From Pristiophorus japonicus (taxonomy: Eukaryota): a stretch of 64,000 nucleotides of DNA. Numbering within the stretch: position 1 is the first letter of the stretch; every line of letters begins with the position of its first letter. Location of the stretch: contig NC_091995.1 of assembly GCF_044704955.1 (NCBI RefSeq), positions 44,950,001 through 45,014,000 on the forward strand, given 5' to 3'. Made by a program: the position numbers and the translations under genes. This document shows positions 11,250 through 23,116 of this stretch, piece after piece. The notes beneath the pieces are model-generated. The model did not search any database. It worked only from the letters and a program-made list of their open reading frames with translations, and had not been told where the DNA came from.

Positions 11250-14195
11250 TTCATATTAAGGTCACTCTTCCCTGAGGTCTCCTTTACTTCAATGTTATTA
11301 ATGAAACCTTTCTCATTGGACAATACTAGATCTGTTCCCTACTTGGCTCCTCAACATACTGATCTAGAAAACTATTTTGTTTACATTCCATGAGCTCGAC
11401 CTCCACATTATTACTGCAAATTTGGTTTGTCCAGTCTGCATGTAGATTAAAGTCCCCCATGCTTACTGTATTACCCTTGTTATATGCACCTCTAATTCCC
11501 TGATTAATACTGTGCCCTACATTACCACTACTGTTTGGGGGCCTATGAACAACTCCCACCCAATGTTTCCTCATGTTTCTTAGCTCCACCCAAACTGATT
11601 CTACTTCTTGGCTAGGATAGATTGGCGAATGATACTTAAGGGGTTGACTGTGGATGGGCAATGGCATATATTTAGACACCACATGGATGAACTACAACAA
11701 TTGTACATTCCTGTCTGGCGTAAAAATAAAAAAGGGAAGGTGGCTCAACCGTGGCTATCAAGGGAAATCAGGAATAGTATTAAAGCCAAGGAAGTGGCAT
11801 ACAAATTAACCAGAAATAGCAGCGAACCCGGGGACTGGGAGAAATTTAGAACTCAGCAGAGGAGGACAAAGGGTTTGATTAGGGCAGGGAAAATGGAGTA
11901 CGAGAAGAAGCTTGCAGGGAACATTAAGACGGATTGCAAAAGTTTCGATAGATATGTAAAGAGAAAAAGGTTAGTAAAGACAAACGTAGGTCCCCTGCAG
12001 TCAGAATCAGGGGAAGTCATAACAGGGAACAAAGAAATGGCGGACCAATTGAACAAGTACTTTGGTTCGGTATTCACTAAAGAGGACACAAACAACCTTC
12101 CGGATATAAAAAGGGTCGGAGGGTCTAGTAAGGAGGAGGAACTGAGGGAAATCCTTATTAATCGGGAAATTGTGTTGGGGAAATTGATGGGATTGAAGGC
12201 CGATAAATCCCCAGGGCCTGATGGACTGCATCCCAGAGTACTTAAGGAGTGGCCTTGGAAATAGTGGATGCAATGACAGTCATTTTCCAACATTCCATTG
12301 ACTCTGGATCAGTTCCTATGGAGTGGAGGGTAGCCAATGTAACCCCACTTTTTAAAAAAGGAGGGAGAGAGATAACAGGGAATTATAGACCGGTCAGCCT
12401 GACATCGGTAGTGGGTAAAATGATGGAATCAATTATTAAGGATGTCATAGCAGTGCATTTGGAAAGAGGTGACATGATAGGTCCAAGTCAGCATGGATTT
12501 GTGAAAGAGAAATCATGCTTGACAAATCTTCTGGAATTTTTTGAGGATGTTTCCAGTAGAGTGGACAAGGGAGAACCAGTTGATGTGGTATATTTGGACT
12601 TTCAGAAGGCTTTCGACAAGGTCCCACACAAGAGATTAATGTGCAAAGTTAAAGCACATGGGATTGGGGGTAGTATGCTGACATGGATTGAGAACTGGTT
12701 GTCAGACAGAAAGCAAAGAGTAGGAGTAAATGGTTACTTTTCAGAATGGCAGGCAGTGACTAGTGGGGTACCGCAAGGTTCTGTGCTGCGGCCCCAGCTG
12801 TTTACACTGTACATTAATGATTTAGACGAGGGGATTAAATGTAGTATCTCCAAATTTGCGGATGACACTAAGTTGGGTGGCAGTGTGAGCTGCGAGGAGG
12901 ATGCTATAAGGCTGCAGAGCGACTTGGATAGGTTAGGTGAGTGGGCAAATGCATGGCAGATGAAGTATAATGTGGATAAATGTGAGGTTATCCACTTCGG
13001 TGGTAAAAACAGAGAGACAAACTATTATCTGAATGGTGACAGATTAGGAAAAGGGGAGGTGCAAAGAGACCTGGGTGTCATGGTACATCAGTCATTGAAG
13101 GTTGGCATGCAGGTACAGCAGGCGGTTAAGAAAGCAAATGGCATGTTGGCCTTCATAGCGAGGAGATTTGAGTATAGGAGCAGGGAGGTGTTGCTACAGT
13201 TGTACAGGGTCTTGGTGAGGCCACACCTGGAGTATTGTGTACAGTTTTGGTCTCCTAACCTGAGGAAGGACATTCTTGCTATTGAGGGAGTGCAGCGAAG
13301 GTTCACCAGACTGATTCCCGGGATGGCGGGACTGACCTATCAAGAAAGACTGGATCAACTGGGCTTGCATTCACTGGAGTTCAGAAGAATGAGAGGGGAC
13401 CTATTAGAAACGTTTAAAATTCTGACGGGGTTAGACAGGTTAGATGCAGGAAGAATGTTCCCAATGTTGGGGAAGTCCAGAACCAGGGGACACAGTCTAA
13501 GGATAAGGGGGAAGCCATTTAGGACCGAGATGAGGAGGAATTTCTTCACCCAGAGAGTGGTGAACCTGTGGAATTCTCTACCACAGAAAGTTGTTGAGGC
13601 CAATTCACTAAATATATTCAAAAAGGAGTTTGATGAAGTCCTTACTACTAGGGGGATCAAGGGGTATGGCGAGAAAGCAGAAATGGGGTACTGAAGTTGC
13701 ATGTTCAGCCATGAACTCATTGAATGGCGGTGCAGGCTTTAAGGGCCGAATGGCCTACTCCTGCACCTATTTTCTATGTTTCTATGATTTTCCCAGCTAA
13801 GATCCTTTCTCTCGGTTGTCTTTATACTATCCTTTATTATCAGTGCTACCCCCTCCTCCTTTTCCATTTTGCCTATCTCTTTGAAAAGTTAAGTATCCTG
13901 GAATATTTAGTTCCCAACCTTGGTCACTTTGCAACCACGTCTCCGTAATGGCTATTAGATGAAACCTATTAATTTCTACCTCCGCTAATAATTCATCTAT
14001 TTTGTTGCGAATGCTTCGGGCATTCAGATATAGTGCCTTTAGCTTTTTTTTCTATTTTTCCCTGAAGCCACCTTAGTCACTGATGCCCTATTACCTTTGC
14101 TACTCTCTCTGTCCCTTCCTCACTCACTCTGCTTATTTTTACCCAAAACTCTGCTCTGCTCTAGACCCTTGATATTTCCCTTGCTGCTTTTAAAT
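11250..14195 (-). mobile_element. Older CR1 endonuclease region, split by a younger CR1 at 11608-13786
   Basis: EVESVWVELRN...RPPNS...MGDFN at 11326-11605 continues upstream at 13787 onward (GGVALI, ITET motifs on the minus strand). Confidence 0.75.
11608..13786 (+). mobile_element. Young 5'-truncated CR1; open 481-aa RT frame after one frameshift near 12250
   Basis: ORFs 11608..12264 and 12249..13694 ([29 protein letters not shown]); tail ttctatgtttctatg. Confidence 0.96.
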
Positions 14196-14199
14196 TTAC

Positions 14200-14865
14200 A
14201 TTGGATTACATGGGATATACAACACAGAAACAGGCCATTCGGCCCAACCACTCCATGCCGGCATTTATGCTCCACTTGAGCCTCCTCCCGTCTTTCCTCA
14301 CCTTAATCTATCAGCGTAACCCTCTATTCCCTTCTCCCTCAAATGCTTGTCTAATCTCCCCTTAAATACAACTGTACTATTCGCTTCAACCACTCCCTGT
14401 GGTAGTGAGTTCCACATTCTCACCTCGCTTTGGGTAAATACTTTTCTTCTGAATTCTCTATTGGATTTCTTGCTGACTATCTTATATTGATCGTATCTAG
14501 TTATGGTCTTCCCCACAAGTGGAAATATTCTCTCTGTCTACTCTATCAAAACCTTTCATAATTTTAAAGACCTCTATTGGATCACCCCTCAGCCGCCTTT
14601 TTTCAAGCGAAAACGGACCCAGCCTGTTCATCCTTTCCTGAAATGTATACCCTCGCATTTCTGGTATCATCCTTGTAAATCTTCTCTGCACCCTCTCCAG
14701 TGCCTCTATATCCTTTTTATAATATGGTGACCAGAACTGTGTGAAGTACTCCCAGTGTGGTCTAACCAAGGTTCGATACAGGTTTAGCACTACTCCCCTA
14801 CTTTACAATTCTATCCCTCTAGAAATAAACCCTCGTGCCTGATTTGCTTTTTTCTATGGCCTTTT
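14200..14865 (-). mobile_element. CR1 3' fragment
   Basis: LYRTLVRPHWEY...RRLRGDPIEVFK. Confidence 0.88.
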
Positions 14866-14960
14866 ACTCTTTCCTGAATCCCCCCACCACCCCGCTCCTT
14901 CATTAGTTCAAAACCGTGTCTCCTGCCCTAGTAACACAGCCCCCTCCAGCTGCCACTTAC

Positions 14961-15233
14961 CCCAGGGGACATCGAGCCCCTGAAGGAGGCTGGCGTGCTC
15001 GATGTGACAGGAGTATCTCTCCCCGTCGTCTCCACTTAGCTCAATGGTTTTCATCACCCGATACGTCTCCTCCTGGTTGGGCAGCAGGTCGCTGGTTTCA
15101 ACGTCGGGCACCTCCTGACCATTCCTCAGCCACGTCACATCGATAGGCCGTGGGTAAAAGCCCGTCACAAGGCAGGAGAGCCTCAGCACTTGCTCCCTGT
15201 TGCTCCTCTCCCCAATGAACACCTCAGGGGTGG
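14961..15233 (-). CDS. MHC class I-like heavy chain, exon 4 (alpha3 Ig C1 domain)
   Basis: 273-nt exon, acceptor ctctctcag|CC, donor G|gtaagt. Translation ATPEVFI...LSCLVTGFYPRPIDVTWLRNG...LLPNQEETY...YSCHIEHASL...VPW is a classic C1-set domain. Confidence 0.96.
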
Positions 15234-15374
15234 CTGAGAGAGTTAAACAAAGACTAAAATCAGTGACGGGTTCGGGTCAAAGGTCAGCGACCTGCAAGGT
15301 TACCTCTGTTTCCCTCTCCGCAGATGCTGCTGAGTATTTCCAGCCTTTTCTCTTTTTAGTTCCGCATCCATGGA

Positions 15375-16290
15375 AAGATTGGAGATACTGGGTCTGTTTT
15401 CTTTGGAGCAGAGGAGGCTGAGGGGAGACCTGATTGAGGTGTATAAACATATGAGGGGCCTGGATAGAGTGGCAGAGGGGTAAACAACCAGGGGGCATAG
15501 AATAAAAGTAATTGGGGGAAGGTTTAGAGGGAATTTGAGGGGAAATTTCTTCACCCAGAGGGTGGTTGGGGTCTGGAACTCACTGCCTGAAAGGGCGGTC
15601 AAGGCAGAAACCCTCACCACATTTAAAAGATACATGGGTGTGCACTTGAAATGCCGTAACCTACAAGGCTGCGGACCAAGAGCTGGGAAATGGGATTCGG
15701 CTGGATAGCTGTTGGTCGGCCGACGCGGACACGATGGGCTGAAATGGCCTCCTTCCGTGCTATAAATTTCTATGATTCTGTGGTATTTTGTGTTTGTATT
15801 AGTGAGAAGTTCACTATTTGTTCCTTTTTTTCCCCCACCCACCCACCATCAACTTTCTTCGCTGGAGGCAGGTGACTGATGCTGAGATACAGCACGAGGA
15901 AAGAGAACAAGAGAAGGCTGAGGGGTGAGGTCCTTAACATTATGAAGGGTTTTGATAGAGTCGATGCAGAGAGAATGTTCCCAATTGTGGGGAAGACCAG
16001 AACTAGGGGCCATCAATATAAGATAGTCACTAATAAATACAATAGGGAATTCAGGAGAACCTCTTTACCCAGAGAGTGGTGAGAATGTGGAACCCGCTAC
16101 CAGAGGGAGTAGTTGAGGCAAATAACACAAATACTTTTAGAGGGACGCTGGCTAAGCAGGTGAGGGAGAAAAGAATGAAGGATATGCTGAACTGGGGTGG
16201 GAGGAGGCTCGAGTGGAGCATAATCGCCAGCATCGACCAGTTGAGCCGAATGACCTCTTCCTATGCTGTACATTCGATGTAATTCTATGT
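15375..16290 (+). mobile_element. Two CR1 3' fragments (~15375-15780 and ~15910-16290)
   Basis: FFTQRVV-type C-termini and CR1 3' tails. Confidence 0.8.
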
Positions 16291-16444
16291 AAAGCCACAC
16301 TCTTGTACCACACACAAGTACCCAGTGTTCACGAGTGGGCCTACACAGTGAGGAAGCTATTCAACTAAGGGGGTATTACAGCTTAGTCTAATCCTATCCT
16401 CACCCGATGTCAACATGCATGCACTTTCCAGCCAAGGTGGCTGA

Positions 16445-16830
16445 AAGGAAGAAAGACTTGCATTTGTATAGCGCCTCTAATGACCACCAGATGTCTCTAA
16501 GCACTTTACAGCCAATGAAGTACTTTTGGAGTGTAGTCACTATTGTAATATGGGAAACGCGGCAGCCAGTTTGCACGCAGCAAGCTCCCAGAAACAACAA
16601 TGTGATAATGACCCAGATAATCTGTTTAATGATGTTGATTGAGTGATAAATATTGGCCCCAGGACACCACGGGTGACTCCTCTGTTCTTCTTCGAAATAG
16701 TGCCATGGGATCTTTTACATCCACCTGAGAGGGCAGACAGGGCCTCGGTTTAATGTCTCATCTGAAAGACGGCACCTCTGACAGTGCAGCCATTCCCTCA
16801 GCACTGCACTGGAGTGTCGGCGTAGATTTT
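16445..16830 (-). mobile_element. Deu-domain SINE
   Basis: Core and tail match the other copies. Confidence 0.85.
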
Positions 16831-17057
16831 ACTTACTTATCGGGTAAATAATCGGATTCAGGTCACCTGCCTGAATTCCTGCACCACCCCCGCCCCCCCA
16901 CCCGCTGCCTCGAAGCAAGTTGCAGTGCCACTTTACTGCTACCCTGTCCAAGAACAGCTGGCTCGGGATAGACCCGGAAATAAAAACCCGGTCTGTATCA
17001 CACTCCCCACCTGAGCTGTCGGGAGCACTCCCTCTAGTCGCCGGTCCCACAACGTAC

Positions 17058-17333
17058 CTCTCCTCTGCAGTGCTCCTCGCCCACACTCGACGTATGTCAG
17101 CAGCCATTTCACGCAGTCCTTCTCCAACAGAGCCTTGAAGTACTTGTTCATGAAGGAGTTGGCATTCCAGCGCTCTGCTAATGCCCGGAACTCTGGATTC
17201 AGCGCCATCCAACTCGTTGTGTCCTTGTCAAAAACATACGCATCCTCCCCACCATATCCCAACTTTATAAACCCGTCTGTGGAATTATCATCCATCACCT
17301 CACAGCCACACATTCCCTGGACAAAGAAAACAC
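17058..17333 (-). CDS. MHC class I-like heavy chain, exon 3 (alpha2 domain)
   Basis: 276-nt exon, acceptor ttttccccccag|GT, donor G|gtacgt. Translation VFFVQGMCGCEV...GYGGED...FDK..SW...ERW...LEKDCVKWLLTYVECGRGALQRR contains the conserved C101-C164 pair. Confidence 0.95.
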
Positions 17334-17607
17334 CTGGGGGGAAAATTAATACTCAAATCAATTTACAGTGTGAAAAAAGATTCAATCGGGTAGATCCAAC
17401 AACTTGCATTTATATAGCACCTTTAACATCATAATCCCAGGGCGCCTCACAGGAATGTTATCAAACAAGATCTGACACTGAGCCATATAAGGAGTTACTA
17501 GGGCAGATGACCAAAAGCATGGATGATGGGGTAGGTTTTCAGGAGCGTCTTAAAGGAGGAGAGAGAGGTGGAGAGGTTTAGGGAGAACCAATATCATCTG
17601 GTGGGGG

Positions 17608-19394
17608 TAGGGGTGGATTAACCATGGGGCGGATGGGGCTACAGCCCCATGCCCACCAAAGAACATAGGCCCACCAAATTGAGAGAAATTTGCATATATG
17701 TATAGGAATCTAGCACAGTATTGCAATGTTACCAGAACCAGAATATATACCTACTAAGGGGGATGCAGTATAAAAGCAGAGAAGTCCTACTGCAGCTGTA
17801 CAGCGTATTGGTGAGGCCACACCTGGAGTACTGTGTGCAGTTTTGCTCTCCATATTTAAGGAAGGATATACTTGCATTGGAGGCTGTTCAGAGAAGGTTC
17901 ACGAGGTTGATTCCAGAAATAAGGGGTTGACTTATAAGATCGGTTGAGTAGATTGGGCCTATACTCATTGGAATTAAGAAGAATGAGAGGTGATCTTATC
18001 GAAACATATAAAATAATGAGGGGGCTCACAAGGTGGATGCAGAGAGGATGTTTCCACTCATAGGGGAAACTAAAACTAGGGGGGCATAGTCTCAGAGTAA
18101 GGGGCCACCCATTTAAAACTGAGATGGGGAGAAATTTCTTCTCTCAGAGAGTTGTAAATCTACGGATACAGACTATAAGAGCACAAGAAATAAGAACAGG
18201 AGTAGGCCATTTGGCCCCTCGAGCCTGCTCTGCCATTCAATAAGATCATGGCTGATCTGATCATGGACTCAGCTCCACTTCCCCGCCTGTTCCCAATAAC
18301 CCTTTACTCCCTTATTGCTCAAAACTCTGTCTATCTCTGCCTTAAATATATTCCGTGACGCAGCCTCCACAGCTCTCTGGGGCATAGAATTCCATAGATT
18401 TACAACCCTCTGAGAGAAGAAATTCCTCCCCATCTCAGTTTTAAATGGGCGGCCCCTTACTCTGAGACTATGCCCCCTTAGTTTTAGTTTCCCCTATGAG
18501 TGGAAACATTCTTTCTGCATCCACCTTGTGAGCCCCCTCATTATTTTATATGTTTCGATAAGATCACCTCTCATTCCAATGAGTATAGACCCAATCTACT
18601 CAACCGATCTTATAAGTCAACCTCTCATTTCTGGAATCAACCTCGTGAACCTTCTCTGAACAGCCTCCAATGCAAGTATATCCTTCCTTAAATACGGAGA
18701 CCAAAACTGCACACAGTACTCCAGGTGTGGCCTCACCAATACCCTGTACAGCTGTAGTAGGACTTCTCTGCTTTTATACTCCATCCCCCTTGCAATAAAG
18801 ACCAACATTCCATTTGCCTTCCTGATCACCTGCTCTACCTTCATACTAACTTTATGTGTTTCATGTACAAGAACACTCAGGCCTCTCTGTATTGCAGCAC
18901 TTTGCAATTTTTTTCCATTTAAATTATAATTTGCTTTTCTATTATTTCTGCCAAAGTGGATAACCTCACATTTTCCCACATTACACTCCATTTGACAAAT
19001 CTTTGCCTATTCACTTAGCCTGTCTATATCCCGTTTGCAGATTTTTTGTGTCCTCCTCACAATTTGCTTTGTCACCCACCTTTGTATCATCAGCTAACTT
19101 GGCTACATTATACTCGGTCCCTTCATCTAAGTCATTAATATAGATTGTAAATAGTTGAGGACCCAGGACTGATCCCTGCAGCACCCCACTAGTTACTTTT
19201 GCCAACTGGAAAATGACCCATTTATCCTGATTCTCTGTTTTCTGTTAGTTAGTCAATCCTCTATCCATGCGAATATTTTTTCCCCCCAACCCTGTGAATC
19301 ATATACACGTAATGTAATGATCATGAACAAACATAACTATAGGCCCATTTGGATCAGTTTGCCCCAGGCCGATCGGGCCCTTAATCCAGCCCTG
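17608..19394. mobile_element. Non-autonomous hAT element with 8-bp TSD, carrying nested CR1 fragments
   Basis: Ends TAGGGGTGGATTAA and TTAATCCAGCCCTG resemble the TIRs of the hAT at 2536-5479. Flanks GGTGGGGG (17600-17607) and GGTGGGGA (19395-19402) match at 7 of 8 positions. Confidence 0.8.
17755..19290. mobile_element. Inverted CR1 pair: plus-strand copy ~17755-18165, minus-strand copy ~18175-19290
   Basis: Both encode [11 protein letters not shown]...RFTRLIPE and share unusual variants such as cttataagatcggttgagtagattgg. Confidence 0.88.
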
Positions 19395-19989
19395 GGTGGG
19401 GAAATCAAGAACAGTTTGGCATTATCTTAAAGTTACAGCTACGTCATCTAGAAGTCAGATCAGGAAGCACTTCTTCACACAAAGGGTGCTAGAAATCTGG
19501 AAATCTCTCCCCCAAAAGCCTGTGGATGCTGGAGGTCAATTGGAGCTTATAAAACTGAGATAGATCGATTTGTGTTCGGTAAGGGTAGTGAGGGGTAGGG
19601 AGCAAAGGTGAGGAAATGGATTGAGGTACAGATCAGCCGTGATCTAGTTGAGTGGTGGAGCAAACTCGAGGGGCTGAATGGGCTCCTCCGGTTCCTGTGT
19701 TGTGAAGCAGTTGTGTCACATTGAGGTTCTATTCATGTTCCGCTCTGCTCAACTTTAACCTTAGCAGTAGGTTAGATGCCAGGAGGTACACCTTTTCACA
19801 GAGTCATCGATCTCGGGAACATGTTGCCAGGACCTGCAGTGAGTGTGGGAATAGGCTGCAAGTGTTGCAAAGGGAGCTGGCCGATATAGAAGGTGGCTGG
19901 GGTTAACAGGCACCAGTGATGTCAGCCACAGGTGTCTCCTGCACCTTCCTCGATTCCCTGCGGGGGACAGAGCGGAATTTCCCAGAGAT

Positions 19990-20540
19990 TTTGCTTCCTT
20001 ACCGAAGAAAGGATATATTTGCCATAGAGGGAGTGCAGCGAAGGTTCACCAGACTGATTCCTGGGATGGTAGGACTGTCGTATGAGGAGAGATTGGGTCG
20101 ACTCGGCCTGTATTCACTAGAGTTTAGAAGAATGAGAGGGGATCTCATTGAAACGTATAAAATTCTGACTTGGTTGGATAGACTGGATGCAGGGAGAATG
20201 TTTCCCCTGGCTGGGAAGTCTAGAACAAAGGGTCACAGTCTCAGGATACGGGGTAGGAAATTTAGGACTGAGATGAGGAGAAATGTTTTCACTCAGAGGG
20301 TGGTGAACCTGTGGAATTCGCTACCACAGAAGGCTGTGGAGGCCAAGTCAGTGAATATATTTAAGAGGGAGATAGATAGATTTCTAGAAACAAAAGGCAT
20401 CAAGGGGCATGGGGAGAAAGCAGGAATAAGGTGTTGAGATAGAAGATCAGCCATGATCATATTGAATGGCGGTGCAGACTCGAAGGGTCGAATGGCCTAC
20501 TTCTGCTCCTATTTTCAATGTTTCTGTGTTTCTATGTTTC
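19990..20540 (+). mobile_element. CR1 3' fragment
   Basis: C-terminal part of ORF 19916..20437; tail gtttctatgtttc. Confidence 0.9.
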
Positions 20541-20654
20541 CTAATTGGCCGACAGTTCTTTCCTCTTTTTACTTTGTCTCTCCCAGGAGATTGTACGATT
20601 ATGGGAGGGAGAAGAAGCTGATGGGTTCACCGTGCCAAGACGGTGTTTCTGTCT

Positions 20655-21410
20655 GACAGTACTGAGGGAGCGCTGCACTGTGGGAGGGGCAGTACTGAGG
20701 GAGTGCTGCACTGTCAGAGGGGCAGTACTGAGGGAGTGCTGCACTGTTGGAGGGGCAGTACTGAGAGAGCACTGCACTCTTGGACAGGCTGTGCTGAGGG
20801 AGTGCTACACTGTCGGAGGGGCAGTACTGAGGGAGTGCTACACTGTCAGAGGGGCAGTACTGAGAGAGCACTGCACTGTGCGGGGGGCCGAACTGAGGGA
20901 GCTCCGCTGCACTGTCGAAGGTGCAGTACTGAGGGAGTGCTGCACTGTTGGAGGGGCAGTACTGAGGGAGCTCTGCACTTTCAAACAGGCAGTACTGAGG
21001 GAGCGCTGCACTATTGCAGGGTCAGTACTGAGGGATTCCTGCACTGTCGGAGCAGCAGTACTGATGGAGTGCTGCACTGTCAGAGGGGCAGTACTGAGAG
21101 AGTACTGCACTGTGGGAGGGGCAGAACTGAGGGAGCTCCGCTGCACTTTCGAAGGAGCAGTACTGAGGGCGTGCTGCACTGTCGGAGGGGCAGTACTGAG
21201 GGAGTGCTGCACTGTCGGAGGGGCAGAACTGAGGGAGCTCCACTGCACTGTCGAAGGGGCAGTACTGAGGGAGTGCCGCACTGTCGGAGGGGCAGTACTG
21301 AGGGAGCGCTGCACTCTCGGACAGGCAGTACTGAGGAAGTGCTGGAGTGTCGAAGATGCCATCTTTTAGATGAAACATTAATTCGAGGCCCCGTCTGTCT
21401 GTTGAGTTGA
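20655..21410 (+). repeat. 33-bp SINE-derived minisatellite (~21 copies) running into the SINE core
   Basis: Same unit as the array at 8430; ends in gatgccatcttttagatgaaacatta. Confidence 0.92.
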
Positions 21411-21689
21411 AAATAAATAAAACTTACCAAGGATTGTTCCTAGTTTCATTACACAGTTCAATGCACACCAACAAAAGCAGATGAACAAATCATTCATCTC
21501 ATTGCTATTTGCTGTGCACCAAATGCCTGCCTTGCTGCTCCCAGAAAGGGACAATCGGCAGCTAATTCCAAGTCAGTTATTGGGTGTGAGGTGGTGCGGG
21601 CCGTTTCTGAGAGACACGTAAGGCTCCGTATCGATACAAATCCCTTCCTACTGTCACAGGGTCGCTGCACCGTCTGTCAGGTCACTTAC

Positions 21690-21950
21690 TCGAGGCACCC
21701 TGGCGCTGGCGGTAAAATATCTCGGCGTTTCCTTTGACCAGGCCGTGGAAGCCCGCCATTGTGATAGCCATGGCGTCCCAGTGATCCCTCTGGAAGGAGT
21801 TGGCCATCCACCGCTGTCTGGGCACAGTCCGCTGCAACGTGCTGTCGAAATACGCGATCTGATAGTCATCCAGCATCGCCACAAAACTGTACTCGGGCAG
21901 CTCGGCCCGGCCATGGTTCAGGAGGTAGTAAAATGCCAGGATGTGATAAT
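21690..21950 (-). CDS. MHC class I-like heavy chain, exon 2 (alpha1 domain)
   Basis: 261-nt exon, acceptor ctagcag|AT, donor A|gtaagt. Translation DYHILAFYYLLNHGRAELPEYSFVAMLDDYQIAYFDSTLQRTVPRQRWM...HWD has the class I alpha1 hallmarks H3, LPE, LDD..I.YFDS, VPR..WM and W60. Confidence 0.93.
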
Positions 21951-22044
21951 CTGCTAGATCACAAACAGAAACCAGTCTCAAAAATGCCGCAGATTGTAAA
22001 GTAACTCAAAGTGGAATTAGCAGTGGTTGATGCTAAAACTGATT

Positions 22045-22592
22045 CGAACATAAGAATTAGGAGCAGGAGTAGGTCATACGGCCCTCGAGCCTGCTCCGCC
22101 ATTCAATAAGATCATGGCTGATCTTCTACCTCAACTCAACTGTCCCTCCCACGTCCCTTGATTCTCCGAGTGCCCAAGAATCTATCGATCTCTGTCTTGA
22201 ATATACTCATCGACTGGCCATCCACAGCCCTCTAGGGTAGAGAATTACAAAGATCACAGTTAGAACATTGTGTCCAATGTTGGACACTGTTTGTTCAGAG
22301 GAATGTCAAGGTCATGGAGAAGGTGCGGAAGAGATTTTCTCGGGTGATCCCCGGGTGTGAGCGGGTTGTGTTATGAGGACAGACTGGGATTATTTTCACT
22401 GGAACAGAGAAGGTCGAGGGGAGCTAATAGAGGGCTCCAAACTCTCAGGGTTTGATCAAGTCGAGAATCAACACTTCTCACTGTTTGGTGAGTCAGTAAC
22501 CGGAGGGCATAAATTTATCATCATCACCACAGGAGCAAAGGGGGTGATTTGGAGCAGTTATTTATAATGGAGAGGGATGTTGGGATATGGAA
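22045..22592. repeat. Local duplicate, copy 1 (two fused LINE fragments) in intron 1
   Basis: Near-identical to 28128-28655, including the internal junction gaattacaaagatcacagtt. Confidence 0.9.
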
Positions 22593-22815
22593 CCCCTTCC
22601 TAACCTTTTCTTTCCCTTTTCCCTCTCCCCTTACCCTCCCGCTTATCCCTTTCCCCTTTCCCCTTCCCTTTCCCCATTTCCTTCCCCATTCCCCTTCCCT
22701 TCCCTACCCTTTCCCTGTCCCATTTCCAAGCCTTCATTTCCCTTCCCTTTCCCATTCCTCTCCCTTTCCCTTTCCCTTCCTTCCCCTCCCCTTCCCTGTC
22801 CCTTCACTTCCCTTC
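22592..22815. repeat. Polypyrimidine/polypurine tract (TTTCCCC-like)n
   Basis: About 220 bp almost entirely C/T on the plus strand. Confidence 0.9.
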
Positions 22816-23116
22816 TGAGGTAGAGCTCTAATACTTCACACCCAAATGCCTATTCTTTGTGTGCGCGCCTTGACAATAATTGTCAGTCCATAAGAGAACT
22901 GCTCTGATCAAAGACTTTACAAACATATCTGTAACACAACTTCTGACAGTGACCCCTCCCCTGAACAGGGATTATCCTGACCCTGAATCGCTCACACACA
23001 CCCAAGGCAATGAAATACTCCATGCCCAGGGATCGCTCAGCACTATCTTGTGATACTCTCAGTCTCGGGGTCCCCTCAAATACTGCCCACAGATAGAAAC
23101 TGTTTGAATTGCTTAC

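Noticed and set aside
20545-21410. Long Cys-rich ORFs (RECCTVGGAVL)n resembling metallothionein or keratin-associated proteins; also at 8470, 49467 and 57469
   Set aside because: Translations of a 33-bp SINE-derived minisatellite that is open in several frames on both strands.
22995-23023. Alternative leader MEYFIALGV with T|gtgagc donor
   Set aside because: Too short for a signal peptide; a better leader exists at 23117-23168.
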